Of a stretch of DNA of 64,000 nt, positions 1-11,500 are shown piece after piece. Below the pieces are notes generated by a model. That model did no database searches. It was given only the letters and a program-made list of their open reading frames with translations, and was not told the DNA's origin. This DNA comes from an uncultured delta proteobacterium (GTDB lineage Bacteria; Desulfobacterota; WTBG01; CAIYCZ01), in NCBI GenBank assembly GCA_963803975.1, contig CAWDOY010000009.1, forward strand, positions 32,001 to 96,000, in the 5' to 3' direction. The translations under genes and the position numbers were made by a program. Within the stretch, counting starts at the first letter, position 1, and each line of letters opens with the position of its first letter.

Positions 1-372
1 CCTTGCTGTTATCAGATACTGGTATCTGGAATCAGACCTTGAGCACGGTTTCTACTTTGAACCGCTCCTGGTGCAGGAGAAAGGGAGCCGGGAAAAAGCA
101 CCCGCTCAAAATGACACCCCGATTGCTTCCCTGCGGGAGCAGGCAGGCCTGACCCCGGAAGAGATTAAGAAATTCCTTTCTTAGAATATCCATCAGTACT
201 GCTCTTAATTACGTGAGCGTGCTCTTTACTCTTTTTATTCACATACCATCAAAGTATCCCGGCGCTGGTATTTTCAAAAACTATTAGAATAGAGTTGTGT
301 TATAATTGTATAGGTACTATTCAGCAAAGTAGTTACCATACCTGTTCCACCATACAACATGAGGTAATGCCG

Positions 373-3300
373 ATGCAGAAAACAAGCGTTATAGTAGCGG
401 CTATCGTTTTCTCTGTCATTTTGTATCCTTCGGCAGGCAATGCGCAGCAGCAGTCGTATCTGATCCGGGCCGTGGCGCGGCTGCACGGGGCTATATCACC
501 ATCGGGATGGATAAAGGCCAGTGCCGGCGGCAGTCAAACATTCATCATAACACCGGATAAAGGCTATCGGGTGCAGGAGGTACGGGTTGACGGGCTCTCG
601 CAGGGGCCCATTCAAACCTACACATTCAATAATGTTCAGAAGCGCCACCGGATTGTGGCCGCCTTTGTGCGCGATGAAGGACAAAGCGATTTCTCCTCAG
701 CATTGCCCCAGCGCGGGCGGGGATTTGGCGGCGCCGGCCCGCCCGGAGACGGAGGTGGTGGTGAGGTAAAGGATAACGAGCGGACCATTGAGGAAGGAGA
801 TATTGTCAAGCACTATGACAATACGCTGTTTGTGCTGAACCAGTACCGGGGACTGCAGCTTATAGATATAGCTGACAAAAATACTCCGTCGCTGCTCTCA
901 ACCGTACCGGTCTATGGATACCCGGTTGAGCTGTATGTGCGCAACGGCACTGCCTATGTGGTTATTTCCAATTATTTCAACTGCTGGTACGATACCGTAA
1001 AGGCTGCAGCCGAATCATTTCAGGGCAGCCGGATTGTAGCAGTGGATGTCCGTGACCGCAGAGCCCCGCAGATACTCGGCGGGATTGACATCGACGGCTC
1101 TATTACCGACACCCGGCTGGTCGGCTCTATTCTCTATGTGGTTGCCAACCAATACTCGTATTACTACTACACGACACCGGAGAACGGGAACCGTACCTCC
1201 ATATCCGCCATTTCTATCGCTGATCCTGCACAGGTACAAGTTGTGGATCAGATGTCATTCCCCATGACCAGCAACTCATATCAGAATTCCGTGCACGTCA
1301 CCGCTGATGCCATATTTCTCGCCCAATATGGGTGGGGATATACGGACAGCAGCGGTATCTGGAAGGAAAAGAATGCCACGGACATCACGTATATCGATAT
1401 CTCAGACGAACAGGGAACGATCAGGAAGGGCAAGACCTTTACCGTTCCCGGCGTGGTGATGAACCGGTGGCAGATGGACTATTATAACGGCTACTTCCGG
1501 TTAATAACCCCTGAACAGTACTGGGGCAATGGATACCCGTCGCTCTATATCTATAAGGTTGACGGCATTGAAACCATAACTCCGGTCTCAAGCCTCACCC
1601 TGAAAATTGACCGGCCTGAAGCCCTCATGTCAGTGCGCTTTGACCGCGATGCCGCCTACGCAATTACCTATGAGAGAAAGGACCCGCTCTTCACTCTTGA
1701 TCTTAAAGACCCTGCGCAGCCCCGCCAGCTTGCGGAAATTCAAATGTCCGGCTGGATCGACTATATCGAGCCGAAGGCCGACCACCTGGTGGCACTTGGC
1801 CATGACGATGTTAATGGCATGACAACCCTTGCTGTTTCTCTTTTTGATGTGGCCCGCATTGATAACCCCGTGCTGGTGCAGCGGGTGACGGTGGGCGAAG
1901 GCTACGGCTGGGTGCCGGCAGATATCAATAATATGCATAAAGCGTTCAGGGTGCTTGATGACCTGCAGCTCATTCTGGTGCCGTTCAGTTCGTGGTCATA
2001 CACAGACAATAGAGACATCTCCGGCGTGCAGCTCATAGATTATTTTTATGACAGCACGAAAAAGGGTCTTACCAAGCGGGGCCTCATTGACCATGCCGGG
2101 TGGATTGAACGCGCCCTTCCCTATGACAGCAGTACCATCCTCACGGTTTCCAGCGAAGCGTTTCAGACTGTTGATATCAGCAACCGGGACCAGCCCGCGA
2201 TCATAAAAATGCTTGAGCTGGCACGTAACGCTGTTGATATCAGCGGCCTTACTGAAGACACCGCGCTTGAGCTTTCAGCAGATACCCGGTGGTATTCCTA
2301 TAACCAGGCACAAAGCAGGCTTTCAGTTGTTCCGCTGAAGAATCCGGATACACCGGAGCCTCTTAAGACACTGGATTTGCAAGGCTCATTTGACCGGCTT
2401 TTTTCAATGAAGAACTGTACCCTGCTCTCCGGCTACCGCTATGATGAGAAACAGGGGAACCTCATCACCGTAAAGACCCTGTCGTATGATGGCACTGACT
2501 TTACCACGCTCGGGTCACTCGAGATTCCCGGGTTCAACAGCTATTACTGGCTCGATATGCAGCCCCGTTATTACCCGTATAGTCAGTCTGTCGAGGTGGA
2601 GAAGCTCTCTGACACCGCGCTCGTCTATACGGGATATGAATACAGTTACGAGAACCCCATGAGCACTTCATGCACGGTGCTTATGAAGGCCGTCGACGTA
2701 TCAGAAAAGCAGAAGCCGCAGCTGGCATCAGACATCAAAGTTGCGTTACAGGCAGGCACGCCAACATCTATTATGTGGATAGGCCCTAAAGCATATGTCT
2801 CCTACGCTGAGCCCATTACCGCAGGTAATGCCGGCATGCAGTATTACAAGTGCTATTTTAAGGTGGTTGATTTTACCGATATCAATAACCCGGCCGCCTC
2901 GGACAGCATCAATATCCCCGGCTATGTGGCAGGGAGTTCAGCAAACGGGAACTACCTCTATACCATAGACTATCAGTATGCAGCGACGCCGGAAAGCTAC
3001 CAGTATGAGGTCTATCTGAATACCCTTGAGCCCATCGGGGACAAGGCATACTTGCGCGACCGGGAAAAGATCGTGCCGGCCCCGGCTGACAGCCATGAAT
3101 CCTTTTACTGCGGGAGTGTGACAATTAAGAACGAGAAAGCCTACTATGTCATAAACCGCTCGGCATGCTCTGATGATTACAGCTCATGCCAGTATGATGG
3201 AACGCTGGTCACCGCGGATCTCTCCGATCCGGGGAATATTCAGTTCCCGTCATCGCAGGCTCTCCAGGTGCAGAGCGCTGATATTGTTGCTGCGGTTCAG

Positions 3301-3490
3301 AATAAGCTGTTCCTTTACACCTACTCCGGTTTTGGCGGTATTATCATCTACGGGCTTGATAACCCCGGTGAACCAGCGTTTGAGACATTTTACCGGACCG
3401 ATTCCTACCCGTCGCAGATCAAGGTCATACAATGACGCGGCCTATCTGCCGTCCGGCATGTATGGCGTGAAAGTGATACCGCTGAAGTAA
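373..3490 (+). CDS. Secreted beta-propeller domain protein (Beta_propel-like) with an N-terminal bacterial-repeat/Ig-like domain; apparent frameshift near 3430
   Basis: Signal peptide MQKTSVIVAAIVFSVILYPSAGNA after a GAGGT SD; motifs IEEGDIVK, VRFDRDAAYAITYERKDPLFTLDL and EIQMSGWIDYIEP. The natural C-terminus (YNDAAYLPSGMYGVKVIPLK*) lies in another frame ending at 3490. Confidence 0.8.
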
Positions 3491-3512
3491 CAGGCAGGCA
3501 CACAAAACAATT

Positions 3513-3550
3513 ACGGGGAGGCTGAACCTTTAGCCTCCCCGTTTTCTTTT
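3513..3550. terminator. Intrinsic terminator between convergent genes
   Basis: ACGGGGAGGCT-loop-AGCCTCCCCGT hairpin followed by TTTCTTTT. Confidence 0.8.
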
Positions 3551-3567
3551 CACTGCTGCCTGCTGTT

Positions 3568-4128
3568 TTATTTTTCAAGAATAATGCGCTGCGCTGTTTC
3601 CAGCAGCGCTTTAATATCCTCCGGTTTTGCCAGGCCCTGCCCCTGCCAGCGTATGATGCCCTGCCGGTCCAGCAGAAACGCATACCCGGAATATACATCT
3701 TGAATTTTCAGAGCCTGCTTGTACGGCTCGACATCGCCGTAAAAGGTTATGACATTTTTATGCTTCTCATTGGGTATGGCTGCCCGCATGCCGCTGTCAA
3801 TCAGCGGCGCCATGAAAACAAAACGCCTCCTGATCATGGGGACTTCATAAAAGAAGCAGCCCTGCCTCTTGCCGAACTCCTTCTCAAACGGCCCCAGCCA
3901 TGAATCATTCTGGCTTTGGGAATCGCGCTTAAAGGACATCACAATCAGGGTGACCTTTCCTGTTACCGAGTCCGGAAGCGTCACTGTATCCCCTGCCAGA
4001 GAATCAGTGGTCAGGGTTGGAAATTTCATGCCGATTACGCCCTTGTTGCCGGCCTGCTCTGCAGTGATGCCAAGAGATGCCATGCTGAGCACTCCCGTAA
4101 TAAGTGAGATTGACAATACCTTGTTCAT
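3568..4128 (-). CDS. Exported thioredoxin-fold protein, ATP10-like
   Basis: Signal peptide; redoxin-like start (FPTLTTDSLAGDTVTLP) without CxxC; IDSGMRAAIP and FLLDRQGIIRWQGQG segments resemble the ATP10 family. Confidence 0.65.
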   Translation of the reverse strand: MNKVLSISLITGVLSMASLGITAEQAGNKGVIGMKFPTLTTDSLAGDTVTLPDSVTGKVTLIVMSFKRDSQSQNDSWLGPFEKEFGKRQGCFFYEVPMIRRRFVFMAPLIDSGMRAAIPNEKHKNVITFYGDVEPYKQALKIQDVYSGYAFLLDRQGIIRWQGQGLAKPEDIKALLETAQRIILEK

Positions 4129-4176
4129 ACTTGAGCTCCTCGTTCCCGGGTACAGCTGTACTTCATGAGGATAGCA

Positions 4177-5388
4177 TTAAGCAGGCAGCTCTGCAAGCAT
4201 CTGCTCAAAAAACCGTTCTATGCTTTCCCTGGCCGAAAGAGGCACGCCGGCAGAGAGCGTCAGGTTGCTTCCATATCCGCTGAAGCCGATGTAGAGAACC
4301 GGGGGATACACAACAGGAGGAAGAATCCAGCCATTCGCGGGATGGCGGTCAAAGAAAACCGTCCCGGGTTCTATCAGCCCCAGGTTAGTCAGCCCGCTGG
4401 GATAGTTCCGGCTTTTAATTCTTTCATGCAACAGCTTATCGCAGGCTTTCACCAGCAGGTTGTAGGGGACCAGCCCGGCAAGGGGCACCGTGCACAGCTC
4501 GCTCAGCCCGATCCAGCCGGACTTCTTGCGTTTTGTAATCGAGCTGACCCGGGACAGTGTCGCGGCGAAGTCCCTGCCCGGTTCCCGGCCCAGGTTTATG
4601 TGCTCGTAGGTGCTCAGGTTACAGATTCCTTCCGCCTTCCCCGAAGGAATGTACCAGCGCCGCAGGTCTACCGTAGTCTGAATTCTGAGCGCAGCCCGAC
4701 CGTCCCATGCTTCCGCCTTTGCCAGCGCCCGGTAAAATGCCGCAATCATCAGGTCATTTATTGTTGCCTGGTGCTGCCGGCCGTAGGCTGCGAGGCACGC
4801 GACGCGCTCAGAAGAAAGATGCCGGATGATAAACGTTAACGGCGTGCGCGGACCCGCAGGAACCTGCAGGGCATGAGACTTCTTGGGAATTTGATTGGAC
4901 AGGGTGGTGCGCAGAAAATTAAAAACCAGCGCCGGGTAAATGTACCACGGCAGGTGACGCATAATCTGGCCGCAGCCACGGGCTCCGTGGATGTTAGGCT
5001 GGGGCAGGTAGCCGCGGTTGTTTGCAAGCTGCGTATAGATGCGCGACAGCTGCGCAGCGATATCATTCAGCCCGGCTGCATCGCACGCCTGGTGTGCAAC
5101 TTTCAAAAGCAGGCGGTCACCGCCTGCTGCGCGCAGAACACAAGCGTTGATCTGCGGTCCCTGGCGGCTGTCAATGGGACGGTCTCTGAAGCAATCGAAT
5201 TCAGTTTGATCTGTAGTAAGAAAGAAGGTGTCCTGGCGCGGCGTTGTGAGCCGTTCCCAGTAAACCTTTTTCTTCTCTGTTACCAGCCGGCAGCCCAGCA
5301 CCGGCTGGGCATCAAGCATAAGATCAAGAGCGCGCGCCAGCCGCTCCGCGTCAAGCCCGTGCTCAAAAACAAGCTCCATCTGCAGCAT
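4177..5388 (-). CDS. Stand-alone condensation-domain / CoA-dependent acyltransferase
   Basis: HQACDAAG (HxxxD) motif, ATINDLMIAA and VDLRR. The frame stays open about 100 nt upstream of the ATG, so the true start is uncertain. Confidence 0.75.
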   Translation of the reverse strand: MLQMELVFEHGLDAERLARALDLMLDAQPVLGCRLVTEKKKVYWERLTTPRQDTFFLTTDQTEFDCFRDRPIDSRQGPQINACVLRAAGGDRLLLKVAHQACDAAGLNDIAAQLSRIYTQLANNRGYLPQPNIHGARGCGQIMRHLPWYIYPALVFNFLRTTLSNQIPKKSHALQVPAGPRTPLTFIIRHLSSERVACLAAYGRQHQATINDLMIAAFYRALAKAEAWDGRAALRIQTTVDLRRWYIPSGKAEGICNLSTYEHINLGREPGRDFAATLSRVSSITKRKKSGWIGLSELCTVPLAGLVPYNLLVKACDKLLHERIKSRNYPSGLTNLGLIEPGTVFFDRHPANGWILPPVVYPPVLYIGFSGYGSNLTLSAGVPLSARESIERFFEQMLAELPA

Positions 5389-5638
5389 GAAGTCTGCAAT
5401 GCCGATATCCTGCCCGCTGGAGATTATTTTATCTATTGCCGCTGCCGGAAAATGGTCCGGGATTTTATCAGCAAGTGATACTTTTATAATTAGGTGCTAG
5501 ATATAATCGGGCTGGCTGTTATCGATGAATGCAAAGGAATTCATGGGGTCAAACCTCAACTATCACAGAGAAACGCGAGCGGCGCATATCTCGGCCTTCA
5601 GAAAAAAATGCGGGGGCATTGCTGCTCCCGCGCTTCTT

Positions 5639-6283
5639 TTATTGCAGCTTGTCGCTTACATCATAAGCCCATGATACAACATCAGCATAATCGGTCCAGT
5701 TGCCCGGTTGCGCAAACATGGAATGCAGCATAATCCAGTCCTTGGGTAACAAAATCCGGTAATCGAGAGCCCCTGCAAACACCACAGCATCCTTGGGGAC
5801 GATTTCGGGAAACTGGGTAGTTATCTTCTTGATATAATTCTCTGCATATTCCTTTTCCTTGCCCCCCAAATCCATACCCAGAATCATGCAAACGCAATAA
5901 TAGGCAACCTTCTTAGAAGCAAGCTCAGTCTTATTCTTCTCAAGAAACGCCACCGCTTTCTCATTCCAATTTTCAATATAGATGTTGCTTCCGAGAATCA
6001 CGGAATCATATTTGGAAAGATCGATCGTGTCATTGTCGGCAAATTTCAAATCGACTTTGAACCCCTCGTTGCTAAGCACCTCGGCAATGACGTCGGCAAT
6101 CCTGTAGGTGGATCCATAATTGGTTGCAAATGCGATAAGGACCCTGGCGCCGGTATTATTGTCGCCGTATGATTTCTCGACCACATAATCCGGCAATCCC
6201 CTTTTTGCATGGCTTAAGCCCGGCAGGCACAACAGCATCATGCACACAATGCAACCGGCAATAACAAACAGCTTCTTTTTCAT
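5639..6283 (-). CDS. Exported flavodoxin-domain protein (Flavodoxin_5/HemG-like)
   Basis: Signal peptide; FATNYGSTYRIA FMN-binding loop; YDSVILGSNIY; FAGALD; AGGAGG SD. Confidence 0.8.
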   Translation of the reverse strand: MKKKLFVIAGCIVCMMLLCLPGLSHAKRGLPDYVVEKSYGDNNTGARVLIAFATNYGSTYRIADVIAEVLSNEGFKVDLKFADNDTIDLSKYDSVILGSNIYIENWNEKAVAFLEKNKTELASKKVAYYCVCMILGMDLGGKEKEYAENYIKKITTQFPEIVPKDAVVFAGALDYRILLPKDWIMLHSMFAQPGNWTDYADVVSWAYDVSDKLQ

Positions 6284-6852
6284 TGGCTGGCCCTCCTTTT
6301 GTAGTTTTAATTGTTAACCACTATCCTTCATAATTTTAACTTAAGAGATTTCATCAACATTTGCAAATAATTTCTCATGGAGAGGCAATGGGATCACCCA
6401 TTAAAGGTCCTATTTGTTTTTTGGATCAAATTCATTTTATTATTCTACTAACGTCCTAAAAATTTTCCCAAAGCTGCACCATATAAAATACAAGATATGG
6501 TCCTTTATAGTAAGGATACAGTTAAAACAAACTCATATAGGCCATAACAATTATGCGCATTTGGTATTAAGGTTCATTTCAACTATAGCCAATAAAACTA
6601 CAGGCACACCTAATATTGACCTAACCACCACCTATTTGCATATTTAAAATTCTCACTGCTCAACAATTGAGCAATCCTGCATAAAAGCACGCTGTTTAAA
6701 CGTGAATAAAATATATTAGGTGTACTTCACAACAGGAAGCGATAATGGGGTCAAACCTTTATAGGGTTTAGGCTTGGAGACATAACAGAAGCATCCAGGT
6801 AGTAATAGGAGTGCAATGGGGTCAAAAGACCTCAACTATCAACTATCTATCC

Positions 6853-7866
6853 CTACAACTCTTTTTCCAACGACTCAAACTGCTGCAGCAATTCTTTACG
6901 CTGTTTCATTGCTTCTTCAAGGCGCTTTCTGTTTATCCATATCGCTGCACCGCTGATATTGCCTATCCTCCGCCCTAACTCTGCTATACTAATCTTTCTG
7001 CTTAAATATCTCCTGCATAATTCTATAAATACGGATCGAGCCTCCCTGTGATTACTACGCCTCACATACAATGCTGCTGCTTCTTTTATAGTGTATGCTT
7101 TTGCTACGACCGCAGCTACCGCTTCGACTGATTTCGCTTTCCTGCCCACTTCCCCGATACCCGACTGCTCTTTTGGGTCGATTTTCATGCCAGTCAAAAA
7201 TCGATCTTGTATATAATTATTAAAATGTTCCGATCCCAATACTGCCTGCCCTCTGACTTCTTCCCACATGCTCTTCTTCATTTTATTTGCCATGCCCTCA
7301 AGCACAAACTGCGCGTACACCTTCCTGCCTTTTCCATCATCCCTTCCCGTCAACATTCCCAACACCTTTTCGTAATGAACAAAAGGCTGACGCCTTCGCA
7401 GTGAAACATAGCCGGCATAGCTGCTCCACTCATACTTCCTTATGATGTCTGCCTTTTCCTCAATACTGTACGGTGAAACCCTCTTTATACTCACAGGATT
7501 TAAATGTACATACCGGCTCAACTCCAATAAATAATTGTCCGCATCTATCAGTATCGCCTTATAGCGTCCCTGATATAAATGTCCGCTCCGGTTATGTTTT
7601 CGATTGTAATATACCGTGTAGGCTGTGCTGAATCTCTGCATGAACTTCTGAAGGTTTGCTTCGAGGGTATTGACAACCAGATGAAAGTGATTGTTCATCA
7701 ATACATAGGCGTGCAGGTGGACATTATAAAGTGCCATACTTGACGCCAGTATCTTAAAAAATTTCTGCCGGTCGGCATCTCCTTTAAAGATCTCCCGCCG
7801 CTCGTTCCCACGGCTTGTTATATGATACCATGCGCCTGAATATTCTATTCGTATAGGTCGTGCCAT
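6853..7866 (-). CDS. REP-associated tyrosine transposase (Y1_Tnp / IS200-like HUH) with a C-terminal helical extension
   Basis: MARPIRIEYSGAWYHITSRGN start, HUH motif LMNNHFHL, GHLYQGRYKA, catalytic-Tyr region RYVHLNPV, YEWSSY. Confidence 0.92.
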   Translation of the reverse strand: MARPIRIEYSGAWYHITSRGNERREIFKGDADRQKFFKILASSMALYNVHLHAYVLMNNHFHLVVNTLEANLQKFMQRFSTAYTVYYNRKHNRSGHLYQGRYKAILIDADNYLLELSRYVHLNPVSIKRVSPYSIEEKADIIRKYEWSSYAGYVSLRRRQPFVHYEKVLGMLTGRDDGKGRKVYAQFVLEGMANKMKKSMWEEVRGQAVLGSEHFNNYIQDRFLTGMKIDPKEQSGIGEVGRKAKSVEAVAAVVAKAYTIKEAAALYVRRSNHREARSVFIELCRRYLSRKISIAELGRRIGNISGAAIWINRKRLEEAMKQRKELLQQFESLEKEL

Positions 7867-7872
7867 GTTTCA

Positions 7873-7901
7873 TGCATAACAAAACAGACGGATTATGTCA
7901 A
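7873..7901 (-). promoter_or_regulatory. Putative sigma70 promoter giving a near-leaderless RAYT mRNA
   Basis: TTGACA-N17-TATGCA-N6-ATG on the minus strand, no SD, abutting the right inverted repeat. Confidence 0.55.
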
Positions 7902-8212
7902 TAGTTGATAGTTGAGGTTTGACCCCGTTTGTTCCATTTGTACGCACATTATCGTCATCTGCTTTGAACAGATTGTGACTGTATGGAATGTTATTGTTAT
8001 CTACCGAATAAAAGATTCTCAACGTTGCAGCCAATAATACAGGAGTACTGTCCAAGCTGCACGATAAGTTTAAAACAAACTGCACAGGCATATATTATGT
8101 GCATCAGGTATAACTAGATTCAATACTTGACAACATAACTATAATAGGCTATAACACCTATTTGCTATCTCTGCAGACTAATTCAGACTCAGTCAACTGT
8201 GAAATAATTTAG

Positions 8213-8503
8213 TCAACTATAGTTATATGATAACAGCAATAATACTACCACCATTACACCAATGAAAACAGGGAAAACGTCACCATTAATAACGCTGCCA
8301 TACATAAGTGATATTATTGCATATTCCAGATAAGAAAATTGCCATTGTAATAAATGAAACAGTTGAAAACATCTTTTTAAACAAATTAAAACAACTAACA
8401 CATCAGTATTCGCAGAACCAAAACTATGTACTAAGGAACATCCGCAGAAAAGCCGCGATTGATAGTATTGAATAATTGATATCTCTTTTTCTATTTTAAT
8501 CAT
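8213..8503 (-). CDS. Candidate immunity protein (AT-rich, hydrophobic; probably frameshifted)
   Basis: ATG directly follows the stop of the Rhs tip ORF (8504); low GC; hydrophobic segments. No family recognised. Confidence 0.4.
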   Translation of the reverse strand: MIKIEKEISIIQYYQSRLFCGCSLVHSFGSANTDVLVVLICLKRCFQLFHLLQWQFSYLEYAIISLMYGSVINGDVFPVFIGVMVVVLLLLSYNYS

Positions 8504-11500
8504 TCATATTATAAGATTGCAGACCAACCATGGAGGCCAAGTAACCGGATATGGTCCATTCTCTGATAGCATGTTGACATAACATCCAAAAGCATTACTG
8601 TTACTATGATAAAACATTTGCAACCTTATGCATACTACAACATTAAGATTACAATATTTACAATAAGGGTCCTCTCCACATCGTTTTTCATAATTTGTCC
8701 ATGATTTTTCGCACATTTAAATGCCGTAAAACACATATCATGATCATTGCAACAACTTCTAATGCATTTTGTTTCAAATATATTTGGCACTCTATCACAA
8801 CCCGACTTTTGTGAAGCAAAAGGCCTCTCTGGATCAATTTTTATAGTGGGATTATTCTCTGCGTATACATATGGCAGGAGTTTATTGGGAACGAGAGGGA
8901 AAATAGGAGCTACAAAATAACTTTTGCTATTTTGCATAAAAAGTAAACGCAACGGATCACTCGTCACATACCTCCCCGTCCTCGGATCATAGTATCGGTG
9001 CCAGTTATAGTGCAGCCCGCTTTCTTCGTCATAGTACTGCCCCGGGAAGCGGAAGTTGTTGGTGACGGTGGATGACAGATCAACTTGCGCTTCGCCAAAC
9101 GGGTCATAGGCTGCCTTCCACACAACGTTCCCTCCAGCATCGGTCATGGCCAACGGTGTCCCCAGGTGGTCATTGTGATAATAAAAAATATTATCACTGC
9201 CGTCAATCATCGCAAGCCTGTTCCCGCCTGCATAGACATAGCCTGCAATCAGGCTTCCCATTCGCCGCAGTTTCCGCAATAAGATTTCCCTCCAGGTCAT
9301 AGTGATATATCGTCGTCTTCCCCGCTGCCACTTTCTTCACCCGCTGCCTTTTGCATTATATAGATATTCGCCCCGCACTGACCCGTTCTCAACTGTTATG
9401 AAGCTGATTATTGGCATTAAAGGAATAGCTATACTATGCCGTCAGCGGTGATATTGCCGTTTGCATCATGGGTGTAGGGGATGACGCTTCTCCCGTTATC
9501 AATTGATGCGATCAGGTCTTTCCCTGATGAATACGTATAAGTATCACTTCCGGTATAAATCACCGGCCGGGGCAGTGTATCAAGCTGGTTGATAGAGCGT
9601 ATATTGCCGCTGAAATCATGGGCATAGGTCCTGTTGACAACGGTTCCCGCCTGAATTCCCTTAATCTGATATTTGGTATCACGGCTCACGGTTGTCTGAA
9701 TATTCCCGGCAGAAAAGTTCATTGTCTTAAATTCACCGAACGGTTCATAACTGAATCCTGCAGCTATTGTTTCTCCATTCAGAGCAACGCTTGCGATATT
9801 TCCGATCGCGTCACGCTGGTAAGCTACCACGGTACCCTGAGGATAGGTAATTTTCGTCAGAGCATTGTTCCTGTTATACTCATAGCGGGTTACATAGTTC
9901 GTGCCGCCGATGGTGGCGCGCTGCTCTACAACGCTGCCCCGCTCATCATACTCATACCGCGTTGTACCGGAAGCATCAGTCACCGTGGTCATTCTGCCCG
10001 CGCCATTTTGCACATCAGCTTCATCATAGATATATGTAATGTCCGGCTCATCAGGATTATCAATTCTTGATCAATCTGTTAAGCGCGTCATATTCATAGC
10101 TGACGGTGACGCCCTTTGCATCGGTTTTCGTCTTCACATTGCCTGCTTCATCATAGGTATACTCTGTGCTGCCCGTATCAGGAGAATTGATTGCAGTCAC
10201 TCTCCCGAAATCATCGTAGGTATAGCGGGTAACTTTTCCTTCCGCGTCCTTCACCATGGTAAGATTATCGTGAGCATCATAGTCGTATTCAGTGCGTGCT
10301 TCCTGCGGCGCCCCCTCAGCCTGCACAACGGTTTTTAATCGGTTGAGCTCATCATACAGGTAGGAGGTGCTTATATTATCAGGCACAGTCATCATAAGGC
10401 TGCGGTTGCCGTTAGCATCATAGGAAATGGCACTATAAGAATTATCCGGGTTCTTTATTTTATTCACACGGTTAAACTGGTCATATTCAAAATCAAGGTA
10501 TTTCCTTAATGCGCCCTGCGGATCGCGGATCTCTTCCCGCGTTTTATTCCCGGCATCATCATAGGAATAGGACATATAATTTCCCAGATTATCGGTAATT
10601 TTTACCAGGCGGTTCGCGTTGTCATACGCATAATCAACCTTGTTCCCCTCCGGCATTGTTACGGAAGAAATGTTGCCATTGGCATCATAGGCATAGGTGG
10701 TGACGCGGGAGCCAATGGTGACTGTTTTGATCCGGTTTGCATAGTCATAGGTGTAGCTGGTGACAACGCCATTCAAATCAGTAACGGAACCCACGTTGTG
10801 GTTCGCGTCATACCCTGAATAGGTGACCACGCCGCTCGGAGTTGTGACGGAGGTGAGATAGCCCTTTGACCGGATCATAGGCATTAACCGTCACGTCCTG
10901 AACATCTGTTCTCGGCCCGTTTGTCTGAGTAAGCTGCCCGTGATCATTATACTGATGCGTCGTGGTATAGGAAGCCAGCTGCCCGCGGGAATACCCCTGT
11001 ACCGTCTCAGACAGCAGATTGCCCGCAGCATCATACTCATAGGTTGTCACTTTGCGGCGGGCCGGATTGTCAGCGCCGGGCTCGCTCATGGTCAGAATTT
11101 TATTAAAGACCGGGTGATAGGTATAGGTGACGGTCCGCTCAAGCGGGGTATTCTTTGCTTCGGTTCTCGTGAGCATGTTTCCCCGCTCGTCATAGGTCAT
11201 CCCGGTGATCACGCCGTTTGCATCAATGCTGCGCCTGATATTCCACTTCTCATCAAAATCATAGTGCGTTGCGGATGCTCCGCAGGATGAACAGCCGCCA
11301 CTGGTTTTCCCGGTCTTCTCGATGAGCCAGCTCTCGCCGTTGAATTCATTTCCCTGGCTGATGATTACCGTCTCCCTGCCGCCCCGTGAATCAGTGGTGA
11401 CCACCATGCTCTCATCATGTATAGACTTCATCTATCGCCACGTTGTCTATATAGATATCGCTCACGCTGGCCGTGCGCCTGGACGATGACCGAATCCAGT

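Larger units (their letters stand above)
6818..7926 (-). mobile_element. RAYT-type element: Y1 HUH transposase gene flanked by inverted repeats
   Basis: Left GGGGTCAAAAGACCTCAACTATCAACTA (6818-6845) is the inverted copy of right GGGGTCAAACCTCAACTATCAACTA (minus strand, 7926-7902), with a 3-nt indel. Confidence 0.75.

Noticed and set aside
6414..6740. AT-rich stretch as an intact gene
   Set aside because: No credible ORF or motif on either strand. At most a decayed orphan toxin/immunity remnant between GGGGTC-type motifs.
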